From IMG/VR virus record IMGVR_UViG_3300028895_000276, positions 1 through 60,657 of that record: a DNA stretch of 60,657 nt, one strand, 5' to 3'. The stretch comes from a virus. Taxonomy: Duplodnaviria > Caudoviricetes. The position numbers were made by a program, and so were the translations under genes. Below, one piece after another: positions 47,602 through 56,745 of the stretch; the first letter of the stretch is position 1, and each line of letters begins with the position of its first letter. Below the pieces are notes generated by a model that saw only the letters and a list, made by a program, of their open reading frames with translations, was not told the origin of the DNA and did not search any database.

Positions 47602-48458
47602 ACAGCATCTACCTAGCCGGTCCTCTGGACTACGCCAACCTAGGCGACAAGGCAGCGTGGCGCGAACGGTTCGCAGCTCTGCTGGGTCAGCACTCTCCCA
47701 TGTCCGCACAGCTACCGCTGCTCTACGATCCTAGCAAGCCTTTCACCAACCCGCTGTCCAGCCCGGACACGCTGGTTTCCGTGAACATGGCCGCACTGGA
47801 AGCAAGCTCTATCGTGATAGCACTGGTTATCTCGACCGAGCCGTCGTGGGGCACACCCATCGAGATATGGGAAGCACGCCGGCAAGGCAAGCCCGTGCTG
47901 TTGTGGGTACCGAACGAGGACTGCCCGCCCTACCTCATCGCAGACACTGAACGGTATCTGACGCTGAACGCCATCGCCGCTAGGACCGCTGAGATGTTGT
48001 ACCAGGACGCAGATACCGACCTCGTCACCACGTCTCAAGACCTACTGTACGAGAACGGTGGTATCCAGTTCCCCAAGATCTCTGGTGATGTAGGGTATGA
48101 CGTCGAGGTGATGTCACAGACCAGGCTACTGCCGCACGCCATCACCAAGGTGCCATTGGGATTCAACGGTGAGCCACTACGCGTGAAGACACCGCGTGGT
48201 ACGTGGTTCTCGATGTTCCCACGCAGCAGCATGGTCGACAAGGGTCTAATGGTCGTGAAGACCGTCTGCGACGAAGGGTACACCGGTGATCTGTTCATGT
48301 TCGTGTACAACACCACCAACAAGCTGCTGATGCTGCTACCCGGACAGAGGATCGGGCAGATCGTGCTGTTCGATAGCGTCACGCCGCAGATGCGCCACGT
48401 GTCTACACTACCGCGCACCGCACGTGGCAGTAACGGTTTCGGCAGCACAGGGACGTGA
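47598..48458 (+). CDS. Fusion of a nucleoside 2-deoxyribosyltransferase-like domain and a trimeric dUTPase-like domain
   Basis: N-terminal IYLAGP and SWGTPIE..EA...GKPV; C-terminal GDVGYD, PRSS, CDEGYTG, GQRIGQ, RGSNGFGSTG. Confidence 0.88.
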   Translation: MNSIYLAGPLDYANLGDKAAWRERFAALLGQHSPMSAQLPLLYDPSKPFTNPLSSPDTLVSVNMAALEASSIVIALVISTEPSWGTPIEIWEARRQGKPVLLWVPNEDCPPYLIADTERYLTLNAIAARTAEMLYQDADTDLVTTSQDLLYENGGIQFPKISGDVGYDVEVMSQTRLLPHAITKVPLGFNGEPLRVKTPRGTWFSMFPRSSMVDKGLMVVKTVCDEGYTGDLFMFVYNTTNKLLMLLPGQRIGQIVLFDSVTPQMRHVSTLPRTARGSNGFGSTGT

Positions 48459-48898
48459 CCGTGAATAGGGACAGCCTACGCATCATCCGCACCACACCAA
48501 ACCCGAAAGACTACGCGTTGCACTGGTCAACCGCGTGGAACAGACACGTGAAACAGCGGTCAGTGATGCCAGAACCGATCTGCACCGACACCACCGGTGA
48601 GCTGGAGTTCGCCTACGCAGACCTCGACCGGCACTGGCGCTTCGACTGGTGTATACCCGAAGCCAAGGTCGCAGTAGAGGTGGACGGCGGCAAGATGATC
48701 GTACGCCGCACGCGTAGCGGCAAGGTCGTGCCAGTAGGCCGGCACATACAGGACGACGACGCGTGGAAGCTAAACAGCGCCGCGTCCCTAGGGTGGTTGG
48801 TATTCACCTTCACTCCGGCAATGCTGCGCAAAGACCCTGTCCGCTGCGTCGAGATGGTCGAGGAGACCGTGCTACAACGACTAGCGGGTTTGGTTTAA
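48455..48898 (+). CDS. PD-(D/E)xK endonuclease (DUF559/Vsr-like)
   Basis: EF...R.WRFD...KVAVEVDGG...H...D..K.N.A..LGW.VF.F. Confidence 0.8.
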   Translation: MTVNRDSLRIIRTTPNPKDYALHWSTAWNRHVKQRSVMPEPICTDTTGELEFAYADLDRHWRFDWCIPEAKVAVEVDGGKMIVRRTRSGKVVPVGRHIQDDDAWKLNSAASLGWLVFTFTPAMLRKDPVRCVEMVEETVLQRLAGLV

Positions 48899-48973
48899 TC
48901 ACACACAACCAACGGGAGCACGGGACTGCGGCAGACGCGGCAGCCCCGGCGCCCACCAACAAGGGAGAGACAC

Positions 48974-49372
48974 ATGAAGATCATTCTGGACATCACCACC
49001 ATACCGGTAGGCCGCAACGAGGATACAGACGAAGATCTGTTTGCTGTAGGCGTTGCCGTGGACATCCTGAGTTCTATCCTCGATGAGGACAACGAACTGC
49101 GACGAGCTATCGAGTACGGCACGGCAGCCGCCTTCTATCACACCCTCGTCTACGTCACCGAGAACATGGAACCCGCCGAACTATCCAGCATAATCGATGT
49201 GGCCACCACCGACGACGGATTCGACATCGTCACCGCTATCTCGCTACACACTACCAGCGCTATAGTCGGCGTCTTCAAACAGTTCTTGATCAACACGGGC
49301 AAGATGGCACCAAACAACGACGACACCGAAGAGTTGCTGGCCGAAGCACGCCGGCTGCTAGGAGCGGACTGA
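48974..49372 (+). CDS. Acidic hypothetical protein
   Basis: RBS AAGGGAG; 132 aa. Confidence 0.7.
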   Translation: MKIILDITTIPVGRNEDTDEDLFAVGVAVDILSSILDEDNELRRAIEYGTAAAFYHTLVYVTENMEPAELSSIIDVATTDDGFDIVTAISLHTTSAIVGVFKQFLINTGKMAPNNDDTEELLAEARRLLGAD

Positions 49373-49548
49373 TGGCTACACGCAAACGATCACGCAGACA
49401 CCTATCCGTCATCTGCAGCGAGTGCGGCAGAGAGATCAACTGGTCGTCCGCAGAGCAGTGCAGCCTGTGCGGCACAACGCTCTGCAAGTCGTGCTGGACA
49501 CGCTCTGGACGCTGCACACCCTGTGACCGATCCTTCAGAGACTACTAA
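49372..49548 (+). CDS. Small zinc-finger protein (58 aa, below the ORF-track cutoff)
   Basis: Hand translation MATRKRSRRHLSVICSECG...CSLCG..LCKSC...CTPC; TGATG overlap. Confidence 0.7.
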   Translation: MATRKRSRRHLSVICSECGREINWSSAEQCSLCGTTLCKSCWTRSGRCTPCDRSFRDY

Positions 49549-49553
49549 ACGCA

Positions 49554-49666
49554 CGGGAAGGTATTCTCCTTGCACGGGACGGCGTCTATAGGGGCCGACA
49601 TAGCCCTAGGTACCACGAAGAGCAAGGAGACTATCTCCCGTTGCAACGGAGACCCATTCGGATTCA
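49554..49666 (+). repeat. Dispersed intergenic hairpin element, copy E
   Basis: cgggaaggtattctccttgc ... gcaaggagactatctcccg ... cattcggattca. Confidence 0.88.
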
Positions 49667-49690
49667 AAACCACCCCTGCAGGAAGACATC

Positions 49691-49957
49691 ATGACGAACA
49701 AGATAATCTCAGGCATAGCCCTAGCAATGATCATCGTGGTCCTGTTCGTGTGGCTGGGTGGTATGCTCCGGGTGACAAACTGCTTCTGCTCCATGCTCAG
49801 CCAGTCCATGGGGCAGTACGACCGCCTAGGGTTCGCGTTCACCTACAGAGATGGCGTGATATCCGTCAATCGCGCCGAGGTGTGGATGCTACGTGCACAC
49901 TGTCAGTGCCAGATGCCGCTGCTACTCGGTCCTGACGAATGGAAGCTACCGTGGTAA
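49691..49957 (+). CDS. Small membrane-anchored protein
   Basis: N-terminal TM segment; last plus-strand gene. Confidence 0.55.
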   Translation: MTNKIISGIALAMIIVVLFVWLGGMLRVTNCFCSMLSQSMGQYDRLGFAFTYRDGVISVNRAEVWMLRAHCQCQMPLLLGPDEWKLPW

Positions 49958-50003
49958 CGTCGTAAGTAGATTACGCTAGAGCGGACGTATTCCTGGTAGA
50001 AGT

Positions 50004-50035
50004 GGAGCCGGTGGGGGAAGCAGCCCACCGGCTCC
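50004..50035. terminator. Stem-loop between convergent transcription units
   Basis: ggagccggtggg/cccaccggctcc perfect 12-bp stem. Confidence 0.7.
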
Positions 50036-50110
50036 GTGCTACGGGGGAGACACCACCGGGCAAAGGGTCAGATGCCCGGTCTGGCCACCACCAGCCAGCG
50101 AAGTAAGGTA

Positions 50111-52585
50111 CTACACCCAGGCCGACGACTGAGCCAGCATCAACTGCAGGTTGCCGTCCGTGCCTGGTTCGCAGATCTCGAAGTCGTCCCAACCCCAATT
50201 GCCGTGGCAGAATATGGTCAGCATCGCGCACCGGTTCTGGTTATGTGCGTTCCACTCTGCTGTCAGATTGCGGAAGGTGGTCATCTGCTGCAGGTACTCG
50301 AGGAACGTACCGCACGACCGCCAACCCTTGCCGCTGTTGAAGTTCAATCCATCTGGAGCGTAAACGATGCCACCCTCACCCAATGCGTATCGTGGATAGA
50401 TGCCGTTGGCTGTGAACACGTCGTCCCAGCGACACCACCGTCCAGCGTGAATGTCCCAGTACTCGACCAGGTAGTTACGGTCTCGGTTGGCTGTCCAGTA
50501 CGCGTGGTATCCAACGAAACCGTCGTAGAGCATCGCTGCCCGCGCTGCCGGCAGCATGATCTCGACCTCAGTTTCGTGTGGGTTGCCCACCGCGCCGGTG
50601 AGACCAACTGCCTTGAGCGCCGCGCCATAGCGTGAGTAAACCGCCTCGTAGAAGCCCACGTCGTAGTCCACCACGCGCCGTAGCTCATCCGGTGAGAACG
50701 TAGGTATGCGTTCGTTGCGCGATTCAAGCCCGGTGTTAGGGCCGAGTGCCTCGATCACCTGCGTCTCGGTCATCCCAGTATTAGCCGCGTGCGCCTGAAT
50801 CTCTGTGCTGTAACGGTCCAACAGTACCACCGGGTCGTTCATCGCTGCGTCGTCGTTATCGGAGTAACGCCGCCAGACAACCACCGCTCGAGGATCAGAC
50901 ACCAGCCGGCGGCACTCCATCGCGAACCCGCAAGAGAAAACCTTCATGCCGTTCGGCGCCGCGCCGGTCCAGTAGTCAGGCCAGTTCTTACGCTGCTCGC
51001 CCGAATGCAGGCCGATCGTGTTGCTTGACCTAAGTGCGATAGTCGGAATGTCTGGTGGCTCCGGGTCTGGATCTGGATCCGGGTCGGTGTCGCCCTTGCG
51101 GACCATAGCGTCCACTAGCACCGGGTCGAGACCAAGCTCCTCTTTGAGCCACGCCACCGGGTCTACCCACCCGTCGTGCGTCAGATACTCGCGCTGCACG
51201 GGAGTAGAGGACACGCCGAAGTGCAAGTGATCGCCGCCGTCACCGCCGGTCCAGTCTGCGATGCCGCCGAGTGCCTGCCCCGAGTCCACGTGGCTACCTT
51301 CGACCAGACCAGAACGGGTGATGTGTGCATACTGCACCCACCAGTCACGACCGTTCACACGGTGCTTGACGACCATCATACCGATGCCGCCCCAATCGTC
51401 GGTCCAGTAGTGAACGTCGCCGGCAGAGACGGCAGTCACCGGATGGCCGCGTTCCACGTCACCCCATGGCGCGATATCCAAGTTGATGTCGATAGCCGGG
51501 TGCGCCGCTGAATAGTTCACGCTGTCTGGCACGTACCACGCTCTCGGTGGGTACTTGCTCATATCCAGCGGGAAACGAGGTACTGTGTACTCGTCACGGA
51601 ACATCAGCTCAACAATCGGGTAGTGGTCCGCATAGAACGCTGCTAGCGCGTCCTTGTCCCAGTCATCCGGGTGCACGCTAATAGCGATGACCGTGATGTC
51701 ATCGAGATCGCCCACGCCGGCATCGTCAGCACTGAATCCCCACTGCCAACCGTTGGCGTGCGCCTCTGGCAGCAATCGTCCCATCAGCTCGGACAGCTCC
51801 AGTGCGGTAATCTTCTCCCGAGGTGGCAACAGCAGCGTAGTCTTGGCATACTTCGTGCGTGGCAAACCACGACACTCACCGCCCTCTGGCGGATCTGGCG
51901 GGTCCGGCTCAGCCGGCACTGCGTCAACCTCGATCTCGTCCACGAAGTATGTGATGCCCGCCTGTGACGCGCTTTCCAGGTCGATGCAAAGCGTTGCCGC
52001 CCCTGTAACGTCTGCCTCGACGCTCAGAGCGTAGTACTCGTACTCCCGGTCCTCGATGTTCAGCTTGTACGTGTGCCAGGTACCGCCGCCAACGGCGCCG
52101 TCCGCGCCGACCAGGTATGCCCGCCATCTGCACGCTCCGAGTGAACCATCGCCCCACGGACCATCTGGTGGGTTGTATGGATGAAAGTGAGTGTTGACCG
52201 GTACTGCCACGTCTAGCGTGTCGCCTGGTTTAGCGCCGGTCTCCTCTGCCGGCAGTAGGATCTCCATCGTGAAGCTAAATGGGCTGTACGCGCTGAACAC
52301 CTTGAAACATGTATCACCGCCCAAGATCAACGCGTCAGACCCGCCCGGCTGCTGCTCCGGTGGCAAGTCAATCGTGCTGATGTGCCGCACCTCAGGGATA
52401 GTCTGCACGACCTCCATCACTGGCGGATCGTCACCAGGAAACACGCCGGTGCTCTTCAGCGGACTACCACTAGGTAAGGCCGAGATCAACCAGTCGTCAG
52501 GTTGCTGTGCCATTCGCCCAGGGTCGCCGTCGCTACCCCCTATCCAGATGTCTTTGTGTCCGTTCTCGAAACTCAGGTTTAGCAT
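50111..52585 (-). CDS. Large modular cell-wall hydrolase (M23 peptidase plus glycoside-hydrolase-like domain); probable endolysin
   Basis: M23 motifs HPAIDI, YAHI, HLHF; Pro/Asp linkers; C-terminal NE...GYHAY...LGEGG TIM-barrel-like domain. Confidence 0.8.
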   Translation of the reverse strand: MLNLSFENGHKDIWIGGSDGDPGRMAQQPDDWLISALPSGSPLKSTGVFPGDDPPVMEVVQTIPEVRHISTIDLPPEQQPGGSDALILGGDTCFKVFSAYSPFSFTMEILLPAEETGAKPGDTLDVAVPVNTHFHPYNPPDGPWGDGSLGACRWRAYLVGADGAVGGGTWHTYKLNIEDREYEYYALSVEADVTGAATLCIDLESASQAGITYFVDEIEVDAVPAEPDPPDPPEGGECRGLPRTKYAKTTLLLPPREKITALELSELMGRLLPEAHANGWQWGFSADDAGVGDLDDITVIAISVHPDDWDKDALAAFYADHYPIVELMFRDEYTVPRFPLDMSKYPPRAWYVPDSVNYSAAHPAIDINLDIAPWGDVERGHPVTAVSAGDVHYWTDDWGGIGMMVVKHRVNGRDWWVQYAHITRSGLVEGSHVDSGQALGGIADWTGGDGGDHLHFGVSSTPVQREYLTHDGWVDPVAWLKEELGLDPVLVDAMVRKGDTDPDPDPDPEPPDIPTIALRSSNTIGLHSGEQRKNWPDYWTGAAPNGMKVFSCGFAMECRRLVSDPRAVVVWRRYSDNDDAAMNDPVVLLDRYSTEIQAHAANTGMTETQVIEALGPNTGLESRNERIPTFSPDELRRVVDYDVGFYEAVYSRYGAALKAVGLTGAVGNPHETEVEIMLPAARAAMLYDGFVGYHAYWTANRDRNYLVEYWDIHAGRWCRWDDVFTANGIYPRYALGEGGIVYAPDGLNFNSGKGWRSCGTFLEYLQQMTTFRNLTAEWNAHNQNRCAMLTIFCHGNWGWDDFEICEPGTDGNLQLMLAQSSAWV

Positions 52586-52917
52586 CAGATGCCCTCCAGC
52601 AACTCCCACACACGCCCGACGATCACCGGGCCGTAGAACATGCCGATTAACCGCTTAAGCAGCACCACGTCCTCAGCCGTCAGCACTGCCTCTTCGAAGT
52701 CCCCAATCGCTATCGCCAGCTTATAGCGCTTGAACTTCTCAACGCCATCCACCTGCTCAGTGCGGTAAGTAGCCGTCAGTGCCTGTACCAGCGCTGCCCC
52801 GATGGTTAGGTCCTCCTGCTCGGTGACGTGCCCGCAGACCTCGCACCTATCCTTGGTGGTTGCCCGGATAGGTACCCCGTTCAGGTCGATCAACAACATC
52901 TTCGTGTTCAGTTTCAT
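52585..52917 (-). CDS. Hypothetical protein after the tail fibre (possible fibre chaperone)
   Basis: ATG after AAAGGGGAG; EKFKRYKLA..I and GPVIVGRVWELLE. Confidence 0.65.
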   Translation of the reverse strand: MKLNTKMLLIDLNGVPIRATTKDRCEVCGHVTEQEDLTIGAALVQALTATYRTEQVDGVEKFKRYKLAIAIGDFEEAVLTAEDVVLLKRLIGMFYGPVIVGRVWELLEGI

Positions 52918-52942
52918 GTATCTCCCCTTTCCTACTCGCTGA

Positions 52943-55843
52943 TTATATCCAATAACCCCAACACCGCAGCACGGTGTCAAGCGTCAGGGTCCCGGTCGCG
53001 TAGACCGCAAACCAAACGTCGCCGTCCGTGCAAGGAACCGCGCAATGCTGGCCCGCCCACCGGTCGTTTGCTATGCCGTTAACCCAACACCGCGCCGCGT
53101 AGGTGTACGTCGAAGTCGGACCGATCTCGAAGCGTTCGCCGCCGGTAGCCGCCGCGCTCCCGCTGTCCTTAGCCGCCATTTCAAGAAGCAGCGCCTTAGC
53201 GTTTGACGGGATTGTGCTCGACCAGCTCGTATTCTCGATCTTTGTCGCGCTTGTGTCAGAATATGCCGTGACGTTGAAGCTTGCATTCGTTAGGGGAGTA
53301 GTCAGCGGATGAAAAGCGTAGACGTCGTAAGTAGAGCCACCCTTTACAGACTTAAGGTTGCCGTCGTAATAGATATCATCCGCGTCTGGATTCGTGCCAG
53401 TGCTCCCAACGTATAAGCCTCCACCAAACCGCCCGTCCGCGTCAACGACCAGGTTATCCGTGCCAGGGTCGGATGCACCACCAACGTGAACACCACCATC
53501 GAAGCGCCCATAGTCGGAGATATAAACCGCACCTGATACCGTGATACCATAGGTCGGGTCAATGGTCGCACCGTTAAACGCTCCTTGGCCATCCACGATC
53601 AGGTTGTCGGTGCCGGGGTCACTGGTCCCGCCAACGTGACAGCCGCCGATTAGCTGCGAATAGTCCTGTACGTAGAGGATCGCGGTACCAGGGTCGGCTG
53701 CACTGCCCACCGTAACGCCGCCGGCTGCATAGACGTAGTCATCAACCTGCAAGTAGCTCTGTACCCACCCATAGCCATCCACCCACAGGTTGTCCGTGCC
53801 AGGGTCTGAGTTGCCGCCAACATGGATACCGCCCATCGCTACCAGGTAGTCGGACACAAAGATCTGCCCGTTGACGTCGAGTTCATAGGTGAAGTCCACG
53901 GCTGTGTTGATCGCCAGCCTATCGAAGGTAGCACCGTTCTGGAAGTCTGGTGTGCCCGTGAACGTGTGATCGCCAGTCCACGCGAAATCGTACGACTCAT
54001 TGACGCTGATGTTCCGGTTGGCTGCTATCGTACCACCACCAGACAGACCAGTACTAGCCGTGATAGAGACAGTCGTGTGGTCGATATGGTCGTTGGCGTC
54101 GTAGTTCAGTAGCGCGTCGTGATCGATCGCCGCGTCATCAGTCTCGATGGTATCCGCGTTGACAGCGATACCGGTCCCGGCGCCCACGTTGAAAGTCCGG
54201 TTGGCCGCTATCGTACCACCACCCGTCAGGCCGGCGCCGGCTGTCAGATCGATGCTAGTGTGGTCGATGTGCTCGTTGGCCACGAAGCCTACCAAGCTAT
54301 CGTGATCAACCGTATCCGCGCCGCCGCTCTCGTGACTGGAAGCATGCGCCGCTACTCCGCTGCTGCCGGCATCGCCAACCACGGTGAGCTTGTCGTCGTG
54401 CGCGAACAGCAACACCCAATCGTCACCGCTGATGGGTAGGTCATTACCGGTCAAGACCGTAATGTTGCCCGTACCGTGCTTGATCGTGATGGTGTCGCCG
54501 GTATCTGCCTGGATTGCTACTAGTTGTCTGTCGATCGTGCCGTTGATCGTGTCGAGGTCGTCCGTAATGCCTGTTTCGGCTGCGATGATGTGCGTGTTCT
54601 GCGTGACTGTCACCGCGCCGGTGGCTATGGTCAAGGTGTCCGGAATCAGGGTAAACGCTAGCGGATCTGGTATATCATAGGCTGCGCCAGGGATGCCAGT
54701 TCTGGATACGTTGCTAGTACGCCAATCTACATAATCGTCGCCGGTATCCGTAGAGAGTATCCTAGCTTTCACGCTGTTGCCGTAAATGTCGCGTGTCTGG
54801 AAGATAACCGTGGCTATAGGCGTCATCTCTGGCGCCGGCAAGGATCCTAGCAGCAGGTTGGTGATCTCGACCTCTGCACCCGCCCTAGCTGCTGCCCGGT
54901 TGTCATACTCATTCTGTCCCATGATCGCTATCATGGGGTAGTCTACTTCAGTCGTGGCCCATACGTGGCACAACACCAAGTCAGCGTTGTCTACCTCGCT
55001 CTGCTGCCAGGTGGCGCCGGTCCACTCGTTCCAGTTGAGCCGCCCCAATGCCGTATTCAGCACCGAGAAGCCCGCTACCGTGGTCTTGCGCCAATCGCCG
55101 TTCGCGCCGCTGCGCCAGTAGACCGGCAGACCAGTCGTGCTGCCTACCGCGTTTAACGTTTCGTAGATGTCCTCGTCTGCAACGCCGCCGCTATCCGTGC
55201 CGAACTGCGCATGGGTATTGCTAGAGCCGTTGCCGTCCACGACCATCCCGGTAAGCCCCAGGCCGTTCAAGTAGGCCAGCCCTTGAGTGTAGTGCAAGTA
55301 TGCATGCGTGACACCGTCCATCGTCAGACCGTGCCGCTCCTCACCCACGTAAATGCCGTCGTTGTTGGTGGCATCCCAGTACAGGATGCAGATCAGCGCC
55401 CTCTCGCGGATCAGGATGTCGATGTCGCTGGCTCCGGGATTAACCCACTCGGTGAGCGTATCGCCGTTGTAGTGGATGAAGTGCAAACCCTCTACATCTG
55501 TCGTGTTGATCGAGTCAGCGCCGGTCTTGACGTACTCAACACCCTCGATGAAGTAGCTGAACGATGCGCCTGTAGGGGCAATCTCGAAGTAGCGCGCCGC
55601 ATCCGTAAACGTGAACGCCGAGTCATTACGGTTCGGGAACCCGGTTGGCTCATCGGTGACTGCCCCGATATTGATGTACCACAACCAGTCAGTGCCATCG
55701 AACCGCCCTAGCTCCTCTGTATCGGTAGCATAAGCCACGGCACCCTCGTCGCCGGCAACCAAAGTCAGCGCCTCGATAGCAGTCTTGGTGTCAGCAAAGA
55801 CCAGGCCGGGTAACGTGGTCGCCTTGTCCGCGTGTCTGCTCAT
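52943..55843 (-). CDS. Long tail fibre/receptor-binding protein
   Basis: 966 aa, Gly/Thr/Asp-rich; repeats DHD.L....N.HIDHT....G.GL.GGGTIAANR (x2) and GG.HVGG.SDPGTDNL.VD (about x4). Confidence 0.8.
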   Translation of the reverse strand: MSRHADKATTLPGLVFADTKTAIEALTLVAGDEGAVAYATDTEELGRFDGTDWLWYINIGAVTDEPTGFPNRNDSAFTFTDAARYFEIAPTGASFSYFIEGVEYVKTGADSINTTDVEGLHFIHYNGDTLTEWVNPGASDIDILIRERALICILYWDATNNDGIYVGEERHGLTMDGVTHAYLHYTQGLAYLNGLGLTGMVVDGNGSSNTHAQFGTDSGGVADEDIYETLNAVGSTTGLPVYWRSGANGDWRKTTVAGFSVLNTALGRLNWNEWTGATWQQSEVDNADLVLCHVWATTEVDYPMIAIMGQNEYDNRAAARAGAEVEITNLLLGSLPAPEMTPIATVIFQTRDIYGNSVKARILSTDTGDDYVDWRTSNVSRTGIPGAAYDIPDPLAFTLIPDTLTIATGAVTVTQNTHIIAAETGITDDLDTINGTIDRQLVAIQADTGDTITIKHGTGNITVLTGNDLPISGDDWVLLFAHDDKLTVVGDAGSSGVAAHASSHESGGADTVDHDSLVGFVANEHIDHTSIDLTAGAGLTGGGTIAANRTFNVGAGTGIAVNADTIETDDAAIDHDALLNYDANDHIDHTTVSITASTGLSGGGTIAANRNISVNESYDFAWTGDHTFTGTPDFQNGATFDRLAINTAVDFTYELDVNGQIFVSDYLVAMGGIHVGGNSDPGTDNLWVDGYGWVQSYLQVDDYVYAAGGVTVGSAADPGTAILYVQDYSQLIGGCHVGGTSDPGTDNLIVDGQGAFNGATIDPTYGITVSGAVYISDYGRFDGGVHVGGASDPGTDNLVVDADGRFGGGLYVGSTGTNPDADDIYYDGNLKSVKGGSTYDVYAFHPLTTPLTNASFNVTAYSDTSATKIENTSWSSTIPSNAKALLLEMAAKDSGSAAATGGERFEIGPTSTYTYAARCWVNGIANDRWAGQHCAVPCTDGDVWFAVYATGTLTLDTVLRCWGYWI

Positions 55844-56733
55844 AGGTTATCTGCCCTCAGTAGTTCAACCGTTAGCCCTTGGCACGTGATCGTGTTGCCC
55901 ACCGCCGCCGCGCCCCACTCAGCCGTCACATCGACCGCAAGCGCCGCGGTCGTGTTCTCTACACTTAGCCCTACGTTCTCAGCCCGGTGCCGCGTGTCAT
56001 CGTCGTACTCGAAGAGACCACTGGCCACAACTGACCCTAGCGCCCCGGTCGTTCTGCAAACGATCAGGACCTCGAAGGTAAACCCCAGCGAAGAGATACC
56101 GCTCAGAAGCGTAACCGCGCCGGTACTGCAAACCTCAACCGCGCCCAGCTTGAACCGAACATTCAGGGTCGGGGTCCCCGTGTCGCTGAGGTACCCGAAA
56201 CCCTTAACCCTAACCACTGACCCAGCGACAAGAACACCAGCCGGAACCGAAGCCGTGCCAGCACCAGCCCCGACCAGGGTCGTCTCGGTCGTTGTGTTTA
56301 CTATGGTAACGTCTACGGTCTGAGAGAAAAGAAGCGCCGCCTCAGCCATTGGGGAACCGGTGACCCAGACAGACCCATTGCTAACCGGAACGGACCCAGC
56401 CACACCAGGAACCGGGACGTGATAAATAGGGGTACCGTCGTCTATGTCGTCAGCGTGAAGCCCAGGATGGTCTGAGACCTTCCAGGCAGAGCGGTCGCCG
56501 CGTGTCGGTGTGACGTCAGCCTCGCCGCCGTTACCATATGCCGTTGCGTGACTGTAGACGCCGCCAGAGCTGAGGACTACGACAGTAACCCCAGCCTGGG
56601 AAACTTGGACCTTCTTTTCAGAGTCGACGGGTTCGTTTACAACTGTGACGCCAGCCTGGGAAACGTCGACAAGGTACTCGGGTTCGTTTACGACTGTAAT
56701 CCCAGCCTGGGAAACTCGGTGAGTGTTTGCCAT
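55840..56733 (-). CDS. Virion structural protein
   Basis: Three N-terminal VSQAG(I/V)TVV repeats; fibre cluster. Confidence 0.65.
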   Translation of the reverse strand: MANTHRVSQAGITVVNEPEYLVDVSQAGVTVVNEPVDSEKKVQVSQAGVTVVVLSSGGVYSHATAYGNGGEADVTPTRGDRSAWKVSDHPGLHADDIDDGTPIYHVPVPGVAGSVPVSNGSVWVTGSPMAEAALLFSQTVDVTIVNTTTETTLVGAGAGTASVPAGVLVAGSVVRVKGFGYLSDTGTPTLNVRFKLGAVEVCSTGAVTLLSGISSLGFTFEVLIVCRTTGALGSVVASGLFEYDDDTRHRAENVGLSVENTTAALAVDVTAEWGAAAVGNTITCQGLTVELLRADNL

Positions 56734-56745
56734 CGGTGCCCCTTG

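Noticed and set aside
52940-52980. Minus-strand promoter TTGACA...TATAAT before the lysis genes
   Set aside because: The spacing is about 27 nt, which does not fit sigma70 geometry.
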